From positions 140,001 to 204,000 of the forward strand of contig CAWEMP010000016.1 in NCBI GenBank assembly GCA_963810205.1: DNA of 64,000 nucleotides. Reading direction: 5' to 3'. Both the position numbers and the translations under genes were made by a program. Below the pieces are notes generated by a model, which was not told the DNA's origin, ran no database searches, and worked only from the letters and a program-made list of their open reading frames with translations. Of this stretch, positions 1 to 9,568 are shown one piece after another (position 1 is the stretch's first letter; each line of letters opens with the position of its first letter). Source of the stretch: an uncultured Acidobacteriota bacterium. GTDB lineage: Bacteria > Acidobacteriota > Thermoanaerobaculia > UBA5066 > Gp7-AA6.

Positions 1-29
1 CTGACGCGTATAGTCTCTGCCACGACCGC

Positions 30-728
30 GTGATGAAGAGCGTCCTGCGTTTCGCCGCCGCCGCGTTTCTCGCCGCCGCGGTGCTTCCGGCGCAGGCGGG
101 CTCTCCGGACGCCCCCGCGTCGACTCCGATCGGGCCCGAGGCCGCCTGGACGCCGCCCGCCGATTTTCGCGCCCGCTTCCACGCAGCCTGCGACGGCTCG
201 GGCCGGGGCATGGGGGCCTGTTTCCTGGCCGAGATGCAGAAGGCGGGCGCCTCGCCCGCGGCGCTCGCGTTCGCCCGGCGCACGGGAAGTCAGGGATACA
301 TGACGCGGTTCCGAGCGGCGGGCCTCGTCGACGTGGCGTACGCCGAGTACCCCTTCCGGGCCAACGAGAACCAGCTGGTCTTTCTCGTCAACGGCGAACC
401 GCCCATGGTCGACGTCGACGACGTCTCGCGCCTCCGCCCCGCCGGCCTCGACGCCAACCCCGCGTACGCGGACCTGAGGCGGGCGTTTCCGAAGGTCGCG
501 CTCTTTCCCGGAGACCGCTCGAACGTCCGGCTCCCCCGGTCTCCGCGGCGCGGTGCGAGCCGGGGCCAGCGATTCGCGGTGGTGTACGAGCTGCGCGACG
601 GCTGCCACGCCTGCGCGATCGTGGGTGAGGCCAGCATCGACTTCGTCTTCGACTCGGGCGGCCGGTTCGTGGGGACCGAGGTCGAGCAGGTCCGGCCGCG
701 CGCCGGGCGGGGTCCGTCCGAGAAGTAG
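30..728 (+). CDS. hypothetical secreted protein
   Basis: 232-aa ORF with a signal-peptide-like N-terminus MMKSVLRFAAAAFLAAAVLPAQA. No family recognised. ATG at 33 is an alternative start. Confidence 0.55.
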   Translation: MMKSVLRFAAAAFLAAAVLPAQAGSPDAPASTPIGPEAAWTPPADFRARFHAACDGSGRGMGACFLAEMQKAGASPAALAFARRTGSQGYMTRFRAAGLVDVAYAEYPFRANENQLVFLVNGEPPMVDVDDVSRLRPAGLDANPAYADLRRAFPKVALFPGDRSNVRLPRSPRRGASRGQRFAVVYELRDGCHACAIVGEASIDFVFDSGGRFVGTEVEQVRPRAGRGPSEK

Positions 729-733
729 ACGCC

Positions 734-2053
734 GTGCCGTTTCGCCGCGCCCTCGGCCCTTTCGACGCGACGATGCTCGTCGTCGGCGGGATCATCGGCG
801 CCGGGATCTTCATCAATCCCTACGTCGTGGCCCAGCGCCTGCCCTCCGCCGGGCCGGTGCTCTGGGCCTGGATCGCCGGCGGCGCCATTGCCCTCGCCGG
901 GGCGTTCGCCTTCGCCGAGCTCGCCGCGCTCTTCCCGCGGGCGGGGGGCGAGTACGCGTACCTCCGCGAGGCCTACCACCCGCTCGTCGCGTTTCTCTTC
1001 GGGTGGGCCTCGCTCGTGATGATCCAGGGCGGGGGAATCGCCGCGGTCGCCATCACCTTCGCACAGTATGCGCTGCGGCTGACCGGCGGCTCGGCGGCGA
1101 GCCCGAAGAGCCTCGCCGTCGGCGCCATCGCCGTCGTCGCGCTCGTCAACACGCTGGGCGTCAAACCGGGAAGCCGCCTCCTGAACGTCCTCGTCGTGCT
1201 GAAGATCGGGGCTCTCGCGGCGCTCATCCTCGGGGGCCTCTGGCTCGCTCCCTCGCTCGCGCCCGAGGTCCGGCCCCATGCCGCGCGGCCCCCCGCCACG
1301 GTCTTCGCGTTCGCCGCCGCGCTCGTGCCCATCCTCTTTTCCTACGGCGGCTGGCAGAGCGCGAACACGGTGGCCGAGGAGATCCGCTCGCCCGAGAAGA
1401 CGCTGCCCCGCGCGCTCGTGGCCGGGACGGTGCTCGTCGTGATCGTGTACGTTGCGGTCAACGTGGTCTACCTCGCGACGCTCTCCCGCGACGGCCTCGC
1501 GGCGACTTCGACTCCGGCCGCCGACGCCGTGGCGCGGATCTTCGGACCCGGCGCGGACCGGTGGATCGCCGCGGCGATCGCGATCTCGACGTTCGGGTTC
1601 CTCGACGTTTCGCTGCTCGGACCGACCCGCATCTCCTACGCCATGGCGCAGGACGGTGTCTTCTTCGCGGGCTTCGGCCGGCTCCACGCCCGGTTCGCGA
1701 CACCGCACCGCGCGATCCTCCTGCAGGCGCTCTGGTCGATCGTCCTCGTCCTGACCGGCACGTACGGCGGACTCATCGACTCGGTCGTCTTCGCGGACTG
1801 GATCTTCTTCGGCCTGACCGTCGCCGCCGTGATCCTGATGCGCCGCCGGATTCCCCTCGGCTCGCGGCCGAAGGGCGCATTCGCCACGCCCGGCGTTCCG
1901 GTCGTGCCGGTCCTCTTCGTCGCCGCATCCGCGTTCGTCGTCGCCGGCGCCGTCTGGTCCAACCCCGTGCGTTCTGCGGTCGGCGTCGCGATGATGGCCG
2001 CCGGCGTTCCGATCTACTATGCATGCCGCCGCGGAGCGGCGCCTTCGCCATGA
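734..2053 (+). CDS. APC-superfamily amino acid permease
   Basis: 439-aa intact ORF, multi-TM throughout. N-terminal GGIIGAGIF and FAELAALFPRAGGEYAY segments are typical of APC transporters. Confidence 0.9.
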   Translation: MPFRRALGPFDATMLVVGGIIGAGIFINPYVVAQRLPSAGPVLWAWIAGGAIALAGAFAFAELAALFPRAGGEYAYLREAYHPLVAFLFGWASLVMIQGGGIAAVAITFAQYALRLTGGSAASPKSLAVGAIAVVALVNTLGVKPGSRLLNVLVVLKIGALAALILGGLWLAPSLAPEVRPHAARPPATVFAFAAALVPILFSYGGWQSANTVAEEIRSPEKTLPRALVAGTVLVVIVYVAVNVVYLATLSRDGLAATSTPAADAVARIFGPGADRWIAAAIAISTFGFLDVSLLGPTRISYAMAQDGVFFAGFGRLHARFATPHRAILLQALWSIVLVLTGTYGGLIDSVVFADWIFFGLTVAAVILMRRRIPLGSRPKGAFATPGVPVVPVLFVAASAFVVAGAVWSNPVRSAVGVAMMAAGVPIYYACRRGAAPSP

Positions 2054-3123
2054 CGCTCGCGCGCGCTCCCTACATGGAGTGGGCGAAGTCCCGGCCCCGG
2101 CCGCGAATCGACCTCGCCGGCTCCAACCTTCTCCCCTGCACTCTCGACGACCTGCCGGGCGCCCGCGAGGCCGTCGACATCGCTGGCGAGAGCCCCGAGG
2201 GCTACGGCCCGCTGCGCGAGGCCATCGCGGCGCGCCACGGCGTCGCCGTCGAGCGTGTCGCGACCGCGGGCGGTTGCTCGGGCGCCAATTTCCTGGCTTG
2301 CGCCGCCCTCCTGTCCGCCGGCGATTCCGTCCTCGTCGAGAGCCCGAACTACGACCCGCTGCCGGCGGCCGCCCGCATGCTCGGCGCGAGCGTCGCCGTG
2401 TTTCCGAGGAGGTTCGAGGATGGATTCGACGTCGACGCCGACGCCGTCGCCGCGGCGCTGACCCCGCGAACGCGACTGGTGATCCTGTCCCATCCGCACA
2501 ACCCGTCCGGCGCCCTGGTGTCCGAAGCGAGTGTCCGCGCCCTGGCGCGGCTGGCGGAGGAGCGCCGGATCCACGTCCTCTTCGACGAGGTCTACCGCGA
2601 CACCGTCTTCGCCGGCCGCCCCGCGCCGGCGGCGACCCTCTCCGACCGGTTCATTTCGACGTCTTCCCTGACCAAGGCCTACGGGCTGGCCTCCCTGCGC
2701 TGCGGGTGGGCCCTCGCCTCCCCCGGCGTCGCGGAGAGCATTCGCCGCGCGCGCGACGTCGTGGATGTCTGGGCCCCGATGCCTGCCGACCGGGTCTCGG
2801 TCGTCGCCTTCGCCCATCTCGACCGTCTGGAGGCGAGGGCGCGCGGGATCGTGCGGGCCAACCGGGATGCCGTCTCGGCCTTTCTCGCGTCCCGGCCGGA
2901 GCTCGAGTGCGTGTTGCCCCGCTCGACGCTCGCCTTTCCGCGCCTGCGCGGCGTCCCGGATGCGGAGCCCTTCGTCGACCGGCTGTTTCGGGAGACGGGG
3001 ACCGCCGTGGCCGCCGGCCGCTTCTTCGGGGCGCCGGCGCACTTCCGCATCGCCTTCGGCGGCGAGCCCGCGCGGGTGCGGGAGGGCCTCGATGCGATCG
3101 CCGGTGCCCTCGACGCCGCTTGA
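2049..3123 (+). CDS. class I/II PLP-dependent aminotransferase
   Basis: ATG 2049 overlaps the permease stop (ATGA). Contains SHPHNPSGA and the PLP-lysine context SSLTKAYGLASLRCGW. Only the 3' third of track ORF 553..3123 is genuine. Confidence 0.85.
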
Positions 3124-3194
3124 CAACGGGAGCGCCCCGGCTTACGTTTCGCGGCTCGATCCAGCCCGAACAGGAATCCCCGAGAGGAGGGCAC

Positions 3195-3398
3195 ATGCCG
3201 GACCAACCGAAGAGCACCCAGGGCGGTCAGTCGGACTTCACCCAGTGGCACGAAGTCAAGAGCGGGGAGACTCTCTCCAAGATCGCCCAGCGCTACTACG
3301 GCGACGCGAGCCTCTACCCGAAGATCTTCGAGGCCAACAAGGATGTCCTCAAGGACCCGAACCTGATTCGCGTCGGCCAGAAGCTCCGGATCCCCTAG
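3195..3398 (+). CDS. small LysM domain protein
   Basis: GAGGAGG lies 4 nt upstream of ATG 3195. 67 aa with a LysM-like segment HEVKSGETLSKIAQRYYGD...LIRVGQKLRIP. Confidence 0.8.
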   Translation: MPDQPKSTQGGQSDFTQWHEVKSGETLSKIAQRYYGDASLYPKIFEANKDVLKDPNLIRVGQKLRIP

Positions 3399-3407
3399 AT
3401 CCGCGGC

Positions 3408-3641
3408 ATGCCGGGCGCCATCGGCCGCGTGTTTCGACGGCTCGGCCTGCGATTCCCGGCGCTCTTTGTCATCCTGCTGACGGTGACGCTCGCCGACCTG
3501 GCGATTCCCGACGTCCTGCCCTTCGTCGACGAGATCGTGCTCGCGTCCCTGACCGCGATCTTCGGCCTCTGGCGGGACCGCCGGAGTCGCCCCGGCGGCG
3601 TCCCGAAGGCTCGCAGCTCGGATTCCACGAATCAGGTTTGA
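3408..3641 (+). CDS. small membrane protein, unknown function
   Basis: 77-aa ORF with two hydrophobic segments (ALFVILLTVTLADLAI, IVLASLTAIFGLW) directly after the LysM gene. Confidence 0.4.
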   Translation: MPGAIGRVFRRLGLRFPALFVILLTVTLADLAIPDVLPFVDEIVLASLTAIFGLWRDRRSRPGGVPKARSSDSTNQV

Positions 3642-3678
3642 ACGAGACAGCGTGACGGAAGGAGAAAGAGGAGGAACA

Positions 3679-4275
3679 ATGCGGAAACAATCCTGGAAGT
3701 ATCTCGCGGCGGCCGCGTGCGTCTTGACGCTCGCCTGCAACAGCGGCAAGGCTCCGGCGGAGGCGGCGATGAAGCTCGCCGACGAGGCCGTCGCCAGCGC
3801 CCGCGCCGAGGCGGAGAGCCTGGTGCCCGACGACTTCAAGTCGCTCTCGGATGATCTTGCCGCAGCCAAGGCGGCGTTCGCCAAAGGCGACTACAAGGGC
3901 GCGCTGGCCGCCGCGCAGTCGATCCAGCAGAAGGCCAACGAAGTGACGGCCAAGGCGAAGGCCAGCAAGGACGAGCTCACGGCGTCGTGGAACTCCCTCT
4001 CCGAGAGCGTTCCGAAGATGGTCGAGGCGATTTCGAGCCGCGTCGGCATTCTGTCCCAGTCGAAGAAGCTGCCCAAGGGGCTCGACGCCACCCAGTTCAC
4101 CGCCGCCAAGGACGGCCTCGCGGCGGCCACCAGCGGGTGGGCGGAGGCGCAGGCGGCTCAGGCCGCGGGAAACTGGACCGCTGCGATCGCGAAGGGCAAC
4201 GAGGTCAAGGCCAAGGCGACGGAAGTCATGGGCATCCTCGGAATGTCCGCCGCCGGCGCGCCCGCCGCGAACTGA
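3679..4275 (+). CDS. lipoprotein, Ala/Lys/Glu-rich helical, unknown function
   Basis: GGAGAAAGAGGAGG precedes ATG 3679. Lipobox LTLAC, then a low-complexity helical sequence. Followed by a hairpin terminator. Confidence 0.6.
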   Translation: MRKQSWKYLAAAACVLTLACNSGKAPAEAAMKLADEAVASARAEAESLVPDDFKSLSDDLAAAKAAFAKGDYKGALAAAQSIQQKANEVTAKAKASKDELTASWNSLSESVPKMVEAISSRVGILSQSKKLPKGLDATQFTAAKDGLAAATSGWAEAQAAQAAGNWTAAIAKGNEVKAKATEVMGILGMSAAGAPAAN

Positions 4276-4297
4276 CAGTCTCCGTCGAGATTTCCAA

Positions 4298-4325
4298 GGG
4301 CCCGCCGCCGCGGGCCCTTTTTCTT
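4298..4325. terminator. rho-independent terminator between convergent genes
   Basis: GGGCCCG-CCGCCG-CGGGCCC stem-loop followed by TTTTTCTT. Lies between the lipoprotein stop (4275) and the guaA stop (4354). Confidence 0.6.
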
Positions 4326-4353
4326 GTGCGGAGAACGGTCGGGGTCCTTCGCC

Positions 4354-5890
4354 TCACTCCCACTCGATCGTGGCGGGAGGCTTGGAGGTGATGTCGTAGA
4401 CGACGCGGTTGACGCCTCGCACCGTCGACACCACCCGGCTCGCGATTGCGTCGAGGACTTCGTGCGGCATGCGGAACCAGTCGGCCGTCATGAAGTCCGT
4501 CGTCTGGACGGCGCGGACCGCGAGGACGAACTCGTGGGTCCGACCGTCGCCCATCACGCCGACCGACTTGACCGGGAGGAGCACCGCGAACGCCTGGGAG
4601 ATCGCGTCGTAGAGCCCGGCACGGCGGATCTCTTCGAGGACGATCTCGTCGGCCTTCTGGAGAATCGCCACCTTCTCGCGCGTCACCTCGCCGGGGATCC
4701 TCACGGCGAGTCCCGGGCCCGGGAACGGGTGCCGGGCGAGAAACTCCCGCGGCAGACCGAGCTCCGCCCCGAGCAGACGGACCTCGTCCTTGAAGAGCTC
4801 GCGAACGGGCTCGATCAGCTCGAACCCGAGCCGCTCCGGCAGGCCCCCGACGTTGTGGTGCGTCTTGATGACGGCCGACGGCCCCTTGATCGAGACCGAT
4901 TCGATGACGTCGGGGTAGAGCGTGCCCTGCGCCAGATAGCGGGCGTCCGGAATCGACTTCGCCTCCTTCTCGAAGACGTCGATGAACGTGCGGCCGATGA
5001 TCTTGCGCTTCTGCTCCGGGTCCGTCACGCCGGCGAGCCGCGACAGGAAGAGGTCAGCGGCATCGACCGCGTGGACCCGGATGCCGAGGTGCCCGAAGGC
5101 CTCGACGACCTGCGCGCGCTCGTGGGCGCGCATGAGGCCGTGGTCCACCAGAATCGGATGCACGCGCTCTCCGAGCGCCTCGCGCAGCAGAAGCGCCGTG
5201 ACCGACGAGTCGACGCCGCCCGACAGCGCGCAGATGACTCGCGCCCGAAGGCGCCTGCCGGCGAATGGCCTCGACCTTGTCGTGGCGGAAGCCCGCCATC
5301 GTCCAGTCCGGCTTCACCTGGCAGATGCGAAAGAGGAAGTTCTCGAGGACCTCGCTTCCGTGGACGGTGTGCCGGACTTCGGGGTGAAACTGGATGGCGT
5401 ACACGCGTCGCCCCGGGTTCTCGAATCCGGCGAGCGGCGTCGTCGGTGTCGACGCGATGACGCGAAAGCCCGGCGGCGGGGCCACGACCGAGTCGCCGTG
5501 GTTCATCCATACCGTCTGCTCGGGCTCGAGGCCCGCGAAGAGCTCGGAATCGACGGCGAGACGGGCCACGGCGCGGCCGTACTCCCGGCCCTCGTTGGCA
5601 ACCTCTCCCCCGGCCGCCTGCGCGAGCCACTGCATGCCGTAGCAAAGGCCGAGCACCGGCACGCCGAAGGCCGTCGGATCGCCGGACGGCTTCGGCGCGT
5701 CGGCCTCGTAGACGCTCTGCGGGCCTCCCGACAGGATGATGCCGGCCGGGTTCCAGCGGCGGATCTCGTCGGCGGGAGCGTTCGGCGGAAGGACCACCGA
5801 GAACACCCGCGCGTCGCGGACGCGGCGCGCGATCAGCTGGGTGTACTGGCCGCCGAAATCGAGGATGACGATGGAGCGGGGCGCCGTCAT
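4354..5890 (-). CDS. guaA: GMP synthase (glutamine-hydrolysing), one apparent frameshift
   Basis: N-terminal GATase [25 protein letters not shown]...[11 protein letters not shown]-PPase [14 protein letters not shown] and the C-terminal ...KPPATIEWE end. The two parts are in different frames; the junction lies between 5242 and 5254. Confidence 0.9.
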
Positions 5891-6408
5891 GCCGGGCTCA
5901 CCTTCCACAGGAGTGCGACCGGGCCCGCCAGGGCCGCGGCCGGCGCGACGGCCAGCACCGCACCCGCGAACGGCGCTGCCGCGGCGATCAGAGGCGCGAC
6001 GAGGGCCCCCGGCGCCTGGCGCAGCGCGCCCCGTTCGGCGACCCACATGACGACCGCGCTGCCCACGAGGAAAAAGGCCGGATAGGTCGCGGCGAACGCC
6101 CGGCCGAAGCCCCCCGCCTTGCGCGCCTTGCGCCGGCCGAAGAGCGAACGCTCGGCCACCGCGATCGCGAGGATGAAGAGGAGGGACATCACGTACGCCG
6201 GCAGAAAGAAGACCAGCGCCTGCTCGAGAAACCGGAGCTCCGGCGCCGCCGAAGCCACGCGGTCGCCCAGCCATTCCTGGAAGAAGGGGTAGGTTCCGAA
6301 GCCCGGGTCCTTGCGACCGTGGGTCAGCAGGAAGACGAGCACGACGAGGAGGAAGGCGGAGGGCAGGAGCAGAGCCGCTTGCCGGAGAAACCTCACTACC
6401 CGTCCCAT
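5887..6408 (-). CDS. integral membrane protein, unknown function
   Basis: 173 aa with 4-5 hydrophobic helices. Its stop overlaps the guaA start (ATGA at 5887-5890). Only the 3' end of track ORF 5887..7689 is genuine. Confidence 0.55.
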   Translation of the reverse strand: MGRVVRFLRQAALLLPSAFLLVVLVFLLTHGRKDPGFGTYPFFQEWLGDRVASAAPELRFLEQALVFFLPAYVMSLLFILAIAVAERSLFGRRKARKAGGFGRAFAATYPAFFLVGSAVVMWVAERGALRQAPGALVAPLIAAAAPFAGAVLAVAPAAALAGPVALLWKVSPA

Positions 6409-6441
6409 TGTAGTCGAACTCGAAATCCGCCCCTCGCTACA

Positions 6442-8331
6442 ATGCGCACCGCGGTGCCCGTGAGAAAGTCGACGCGCAACTGGATCGGCGTCTTCGCCGT
6501 TTCCGCGGCCGCGGCCGTCGTTCTCGGACGCGTCCGCCCGGACGCCGGCTGTCTCGTGACGATCCTCCAGGCCCTCGCCGTCGCGGCGCTGCTCGTGCTC
6601 CTCGAGCGGGCGGCCGTCGCGCTCTTCCGCGTGATCGTGCGCCGCACGGCGCTGCGGCTCGCCTTTTCGTATTTCCTCATCGGTGTTGTCCCCATTCCGC
6701 TCCTCGCGGCGCTCCTGTCGCTCGCCTCCTACATCGTCGCTCACCAATACATGGCCAACCGCCTGCGGCGCGAGATCACGGCCGTCGGCGAGGCCGCCGC
6801 GGTCCGCCACGCCGAGCTTCCGGCGATCGCCGCGAAGTCGGGGCGTGTCTCGGCTTCGGGCGTCGCGTGGCTGAAGCTCGGCGACGCCGCGCCGTGGGTC
6901 GAGAAGCTCGCGCGCCCCGGTTTCCTCGTCGCCGCCGAGCGCCTGTGGCTCGCCGTGCCGTCGGGCCGCCCCGGCGAAGCGAAGCTCCTCGATCTCTCGG
7001 ACCCGGCCTCGCCCTGGCTGCAGCAGCTCGCCGACCGCACCGGCTACGAGGTCGGCGCCGAGGCGAGCGAGGCGTCCGAGGAGACCCGCGGCGTCACGAT
7101 TCGGACCGAGGCGCCGCCGAAGAAGGAGCCGAAGATCCTCGAGCCCCCTTCGCGCCGCCCCGCCGGGGCGCCGCCTCCGGGCGAGGGCCTCTGGAACGGC
7201 GAGTGGATCCACGCGTTCTACCTGGAGACGGTTCTCGACGCCCCGGCCGGCCCGACCTACGACGTCGCCATCCTGACGGCGGCGACCTCGCCGCGGCTGC
7301 TGTTCGAGCAGCTCTTCTCGCAGGGCGTGGCGGACGTCCATCGTATCTTCTGGATCGCCTTCGTGGCCGTGGCCGCGATCCTGCTCCTCGTCTATCTCGC
7401 CGCCCTGGCGATCGCCTTCGTGCTCGTGGGCTCGCTCGCGCGCAACGTCAACCGGCTGACCCGCGCCGCGCAGGCGATCGCGCGCGGCGACTTCTCGGTG
7501 CGCATCCAGTCGAAGTCGCGCGACCAGATCGGGGACCTCGCACGGTCCTTCGACGGGATGGCCGTCGTCGATCCAGAAGCTGCTCGCGGAAACGGCCGAG
7601 AAGGAGCGCCTGCAGAGCGAGCTCGCGATCGCCCGGACGATCCAGCACAAGCTGCTTCCACCGCCCGACGCGGAGCTGCCCGGCTTCACCGTGCGCGCGC
7701 ACTTCGAGCCGGTCGCCGAGATCGGCGGCGACTACTACGACTACCTGCCGACCGGCGACGGCCGGACCGCGGTCGCCCTCGGGGACGTTTCCGGGCACGG
7801 GCTGCCGACCGGCCTGCTCGTCGCCATGGCGAAGGCCGGCCTCTCGACCCTGCTCGAGGCGGGCCACCGCGACGCCGAGCTCTTCGGCCGCATGAACGAG
7901 CTCATCCACCGGTCGACCGACCCGCGCCACTTCATGACGCTCGTCCTGCTCTCCTACGACCGGGAGACCCGGCGCGGCCGGCTGACCAACGCCGGGCACC
8001 TCGCCCCGTACCGGATCTCCGGGGGCCGCGTCGAGGCCCTGTCGCTGCCGGGGCTGCCGCTCGGCCTCTTCCCGGACCGCACCTTCCCGACGCAGGAGTA
8101 CGCGTTCGCGGCGGGCGACCTCGTCGTCATTCTGACCGACGGCTTCGTCGAGGCGGTCGACGACGCGGGACGAGGCCGTTCGGCTTCGAGCGCCTCGAGG
8201 CGCTCCTCGCCCGCCACGCCCCCGAGGGCGCCGCGGCCCTGCGCGACGCCCTGCTCGCGGCCGTCCGGGCGCACACCGGCGGCCGGCCGGCCGACGACGA
8301 CCGCACCCTGCTCATCCTGACCCTCGACTGA
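6442..8331 (+). CDS. membrane sensor HAMP-domain PP2C/SpoIIE-type Ser phosphatase (RsbU-like), two apparent frameshifts
   Basis: TM segments, a roughly 250-aa extracytoplasmic region, then HAMP (NVNRLTRAAQAIARGDFSVRIQ...DLARSFDGMA). The PP2C part (ARTIQHKLLP, EIGGDYYDY, GDVSGHGLPTGLL, VVILTDGFVEA) is read in another frame between about 7560-7572 and 8166-8176. Confidence 0.8.
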   Translation: MRTAVPVRKSTRNWIGVFAVSAAAAVVLGRVRPDAGCLVTILQALAVAALLVLLERAAVALFRVIVRRTALRLAFSYFLIGVVPIPLLAALLSLASYIVAHQYMANRLRREITAVGEAAAVRHAELPAIAAKSGRVSASGVAWLKLGDAAPWVEKLARPGFLVAAERLWLAVPSGRPGEAKLLDLSDPASPWLQQLADRTGYEVGAEASEASEETRGVTIRTEAPPKKEPKILEPPSRRPAGAPPPGEGLWNGEWIHAFYLETVLDAPAGPTYDVAILTAATSPRLLFEQLFSQGVADVHRIFWIAFVAVAAILLLVYLAALAIAFVLVGSLARNVNRLTRAAQAIARGDFSVRIQSKSRDQIGDLARSFDGMAVVDPEAARGNGREGAPAERARDRPDDPAQAASTARRGAARLHRARALRAGRRDRRRLLRLPADRRRPDRGRPRGRFRARAADRPARRHGEGRPLDPARGGPPRRRALRPHERAHPPVDRPAPLHDARPALLRPGDPARPADQRRAPRPVPDLRGPRRGPVAAGAAARPLPGPHLPDAGVRVRGGRPRRHSDRRLRRGGRRRGTRPFGFERLEALLARHAPEGAAALRDALLAAVRAHTGGRPADDDRTLLILTLD

Positions 8332-8433
8332 TCCGGCGCTCCGAAAGGAGCGTTCGTCCCGCCGGGAGCGCGGACCGCCGCCGACTCGTCCAGGATTCGA
8401 CGCGTCGACGCTCCGGTCGAGAAGGGACGAACC

Positions 8434-9494
8434 ATGAAACGCGCCTTCCTGCTCCTCCTGCTCGCGGCCTCCGCGACTGCGGGCCGACTCGACCGCCACG
8501 AAGACCCGGACCGTCACGAAGCTCGCCGACGGCGTCTACGAGATCCGCCACCCGGACGCGCCCGACACCTTCCCGCAGAGCAACACGACGGTCGTCATCG
8601 GGGACCGAGGCGTCCTGGTCGTCGACTCGTGCCTGCTCCCGTCCGCCGCGCGAGAGGACGTCGCGCAGATCCGCCAGTGGACCGACAAGCCCGTCACCTG
8701 GCTCCTCAACACCCACTGGCACTTCGACCACACGCTCGGAAACGCGACCTACCAGGCGGCGTTTCCGGGAGTCCAGATCGTGGCGACGCGGCCCGACGCA
8801 GAAGACGATCGCCGACTACAACCCCGGCGTCGTGACGCGCTACCCCTCGCGCGCCGAGCGCTTCCGGAAGATCCTCGAGTCGGGGAAGGGCCCCGACGGC
8901 CGGCCGCTCTCGGAGGGCGACCGGAAGGACTACGAGCGCTCGCTCGCGGGCCTCGCGCCGGTCGTCGCGGAGTTCCGCAACGCCGTCCAGCTCCCGCCCA
9001 ACGTGGCCTTCGACCGGGAGCTGACGATCGACCTCGGCAACCGCACGGTCGAGCTGCGCTTCCTCGGACGGGGGAACACGGCCGGCGACGCCATCGCCTA
9101 CCTGCCGAAGGAGAAGATCCTGATCACCGGCGACCTGCTCGTGCATCCGGTCCCCTATCTCTTCGGCGGATTCCCGGTCGACCACCCGAAGACGCTCCGG
9201 ACGATGGCCGCGCTCGACGCGCAGACGATCGTGCCGGGCCACGGCGAGATCCTGCGGGACAAGCAGTACATCTTCCAGGTCGCCGAGTTCCTCGAGGCCG
9301 TCGATGCGGCCATGGAGAAGGAAGTCGACGCGGGCAGGACGCTCGAGGAAGTGCAGGACGGTTTTCCGAAGACCTTCGACGTGAAGACCTGGCGGGCCAG
9401 ATTCGCCGGGGCGAGCGTCGAGGAGGGAGAGGCCTTCGACAGCACGTTCGACGGCGTCGTCAAGGGGTCCTACACGCAGATCAAGATGCGCTGA
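8434..9494 (+). CDS. secreted MBL-fold metallo-hydrolase, two apparent frameshifts
   Basis: Signal peptide MKRAFLLLLLAASATA. HxHxDH motif NTHWHFDH read in a second frame. The C-terminal 220 aa (track ORF 8832..9494) is in a third frame. Junctions at about 8474-8486 and 8784-8799. Confidence 0.8.
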
Positions 9495-9568
9495 CCGCCG
9501 CGGTCCGCCCGCGCCGGCCCCGTCCGTGCGGTAGAGTTCGCGCCCAGACCAACGAAAGCGGAGCGAAC

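Noticed and set aside
290-1708. 472-aa minus-strand ORF antisense to the permease. Similar antisense or off-frame ORFs include 13383..15413, 33186..34607, 48958..51030, 20407..22389 and 15311..16855.
   Set aside because: The translations are Arg/Gly/Asp/Pro-rich with no motifs. The opposite strand or another frame carries clearly homologous proteins.
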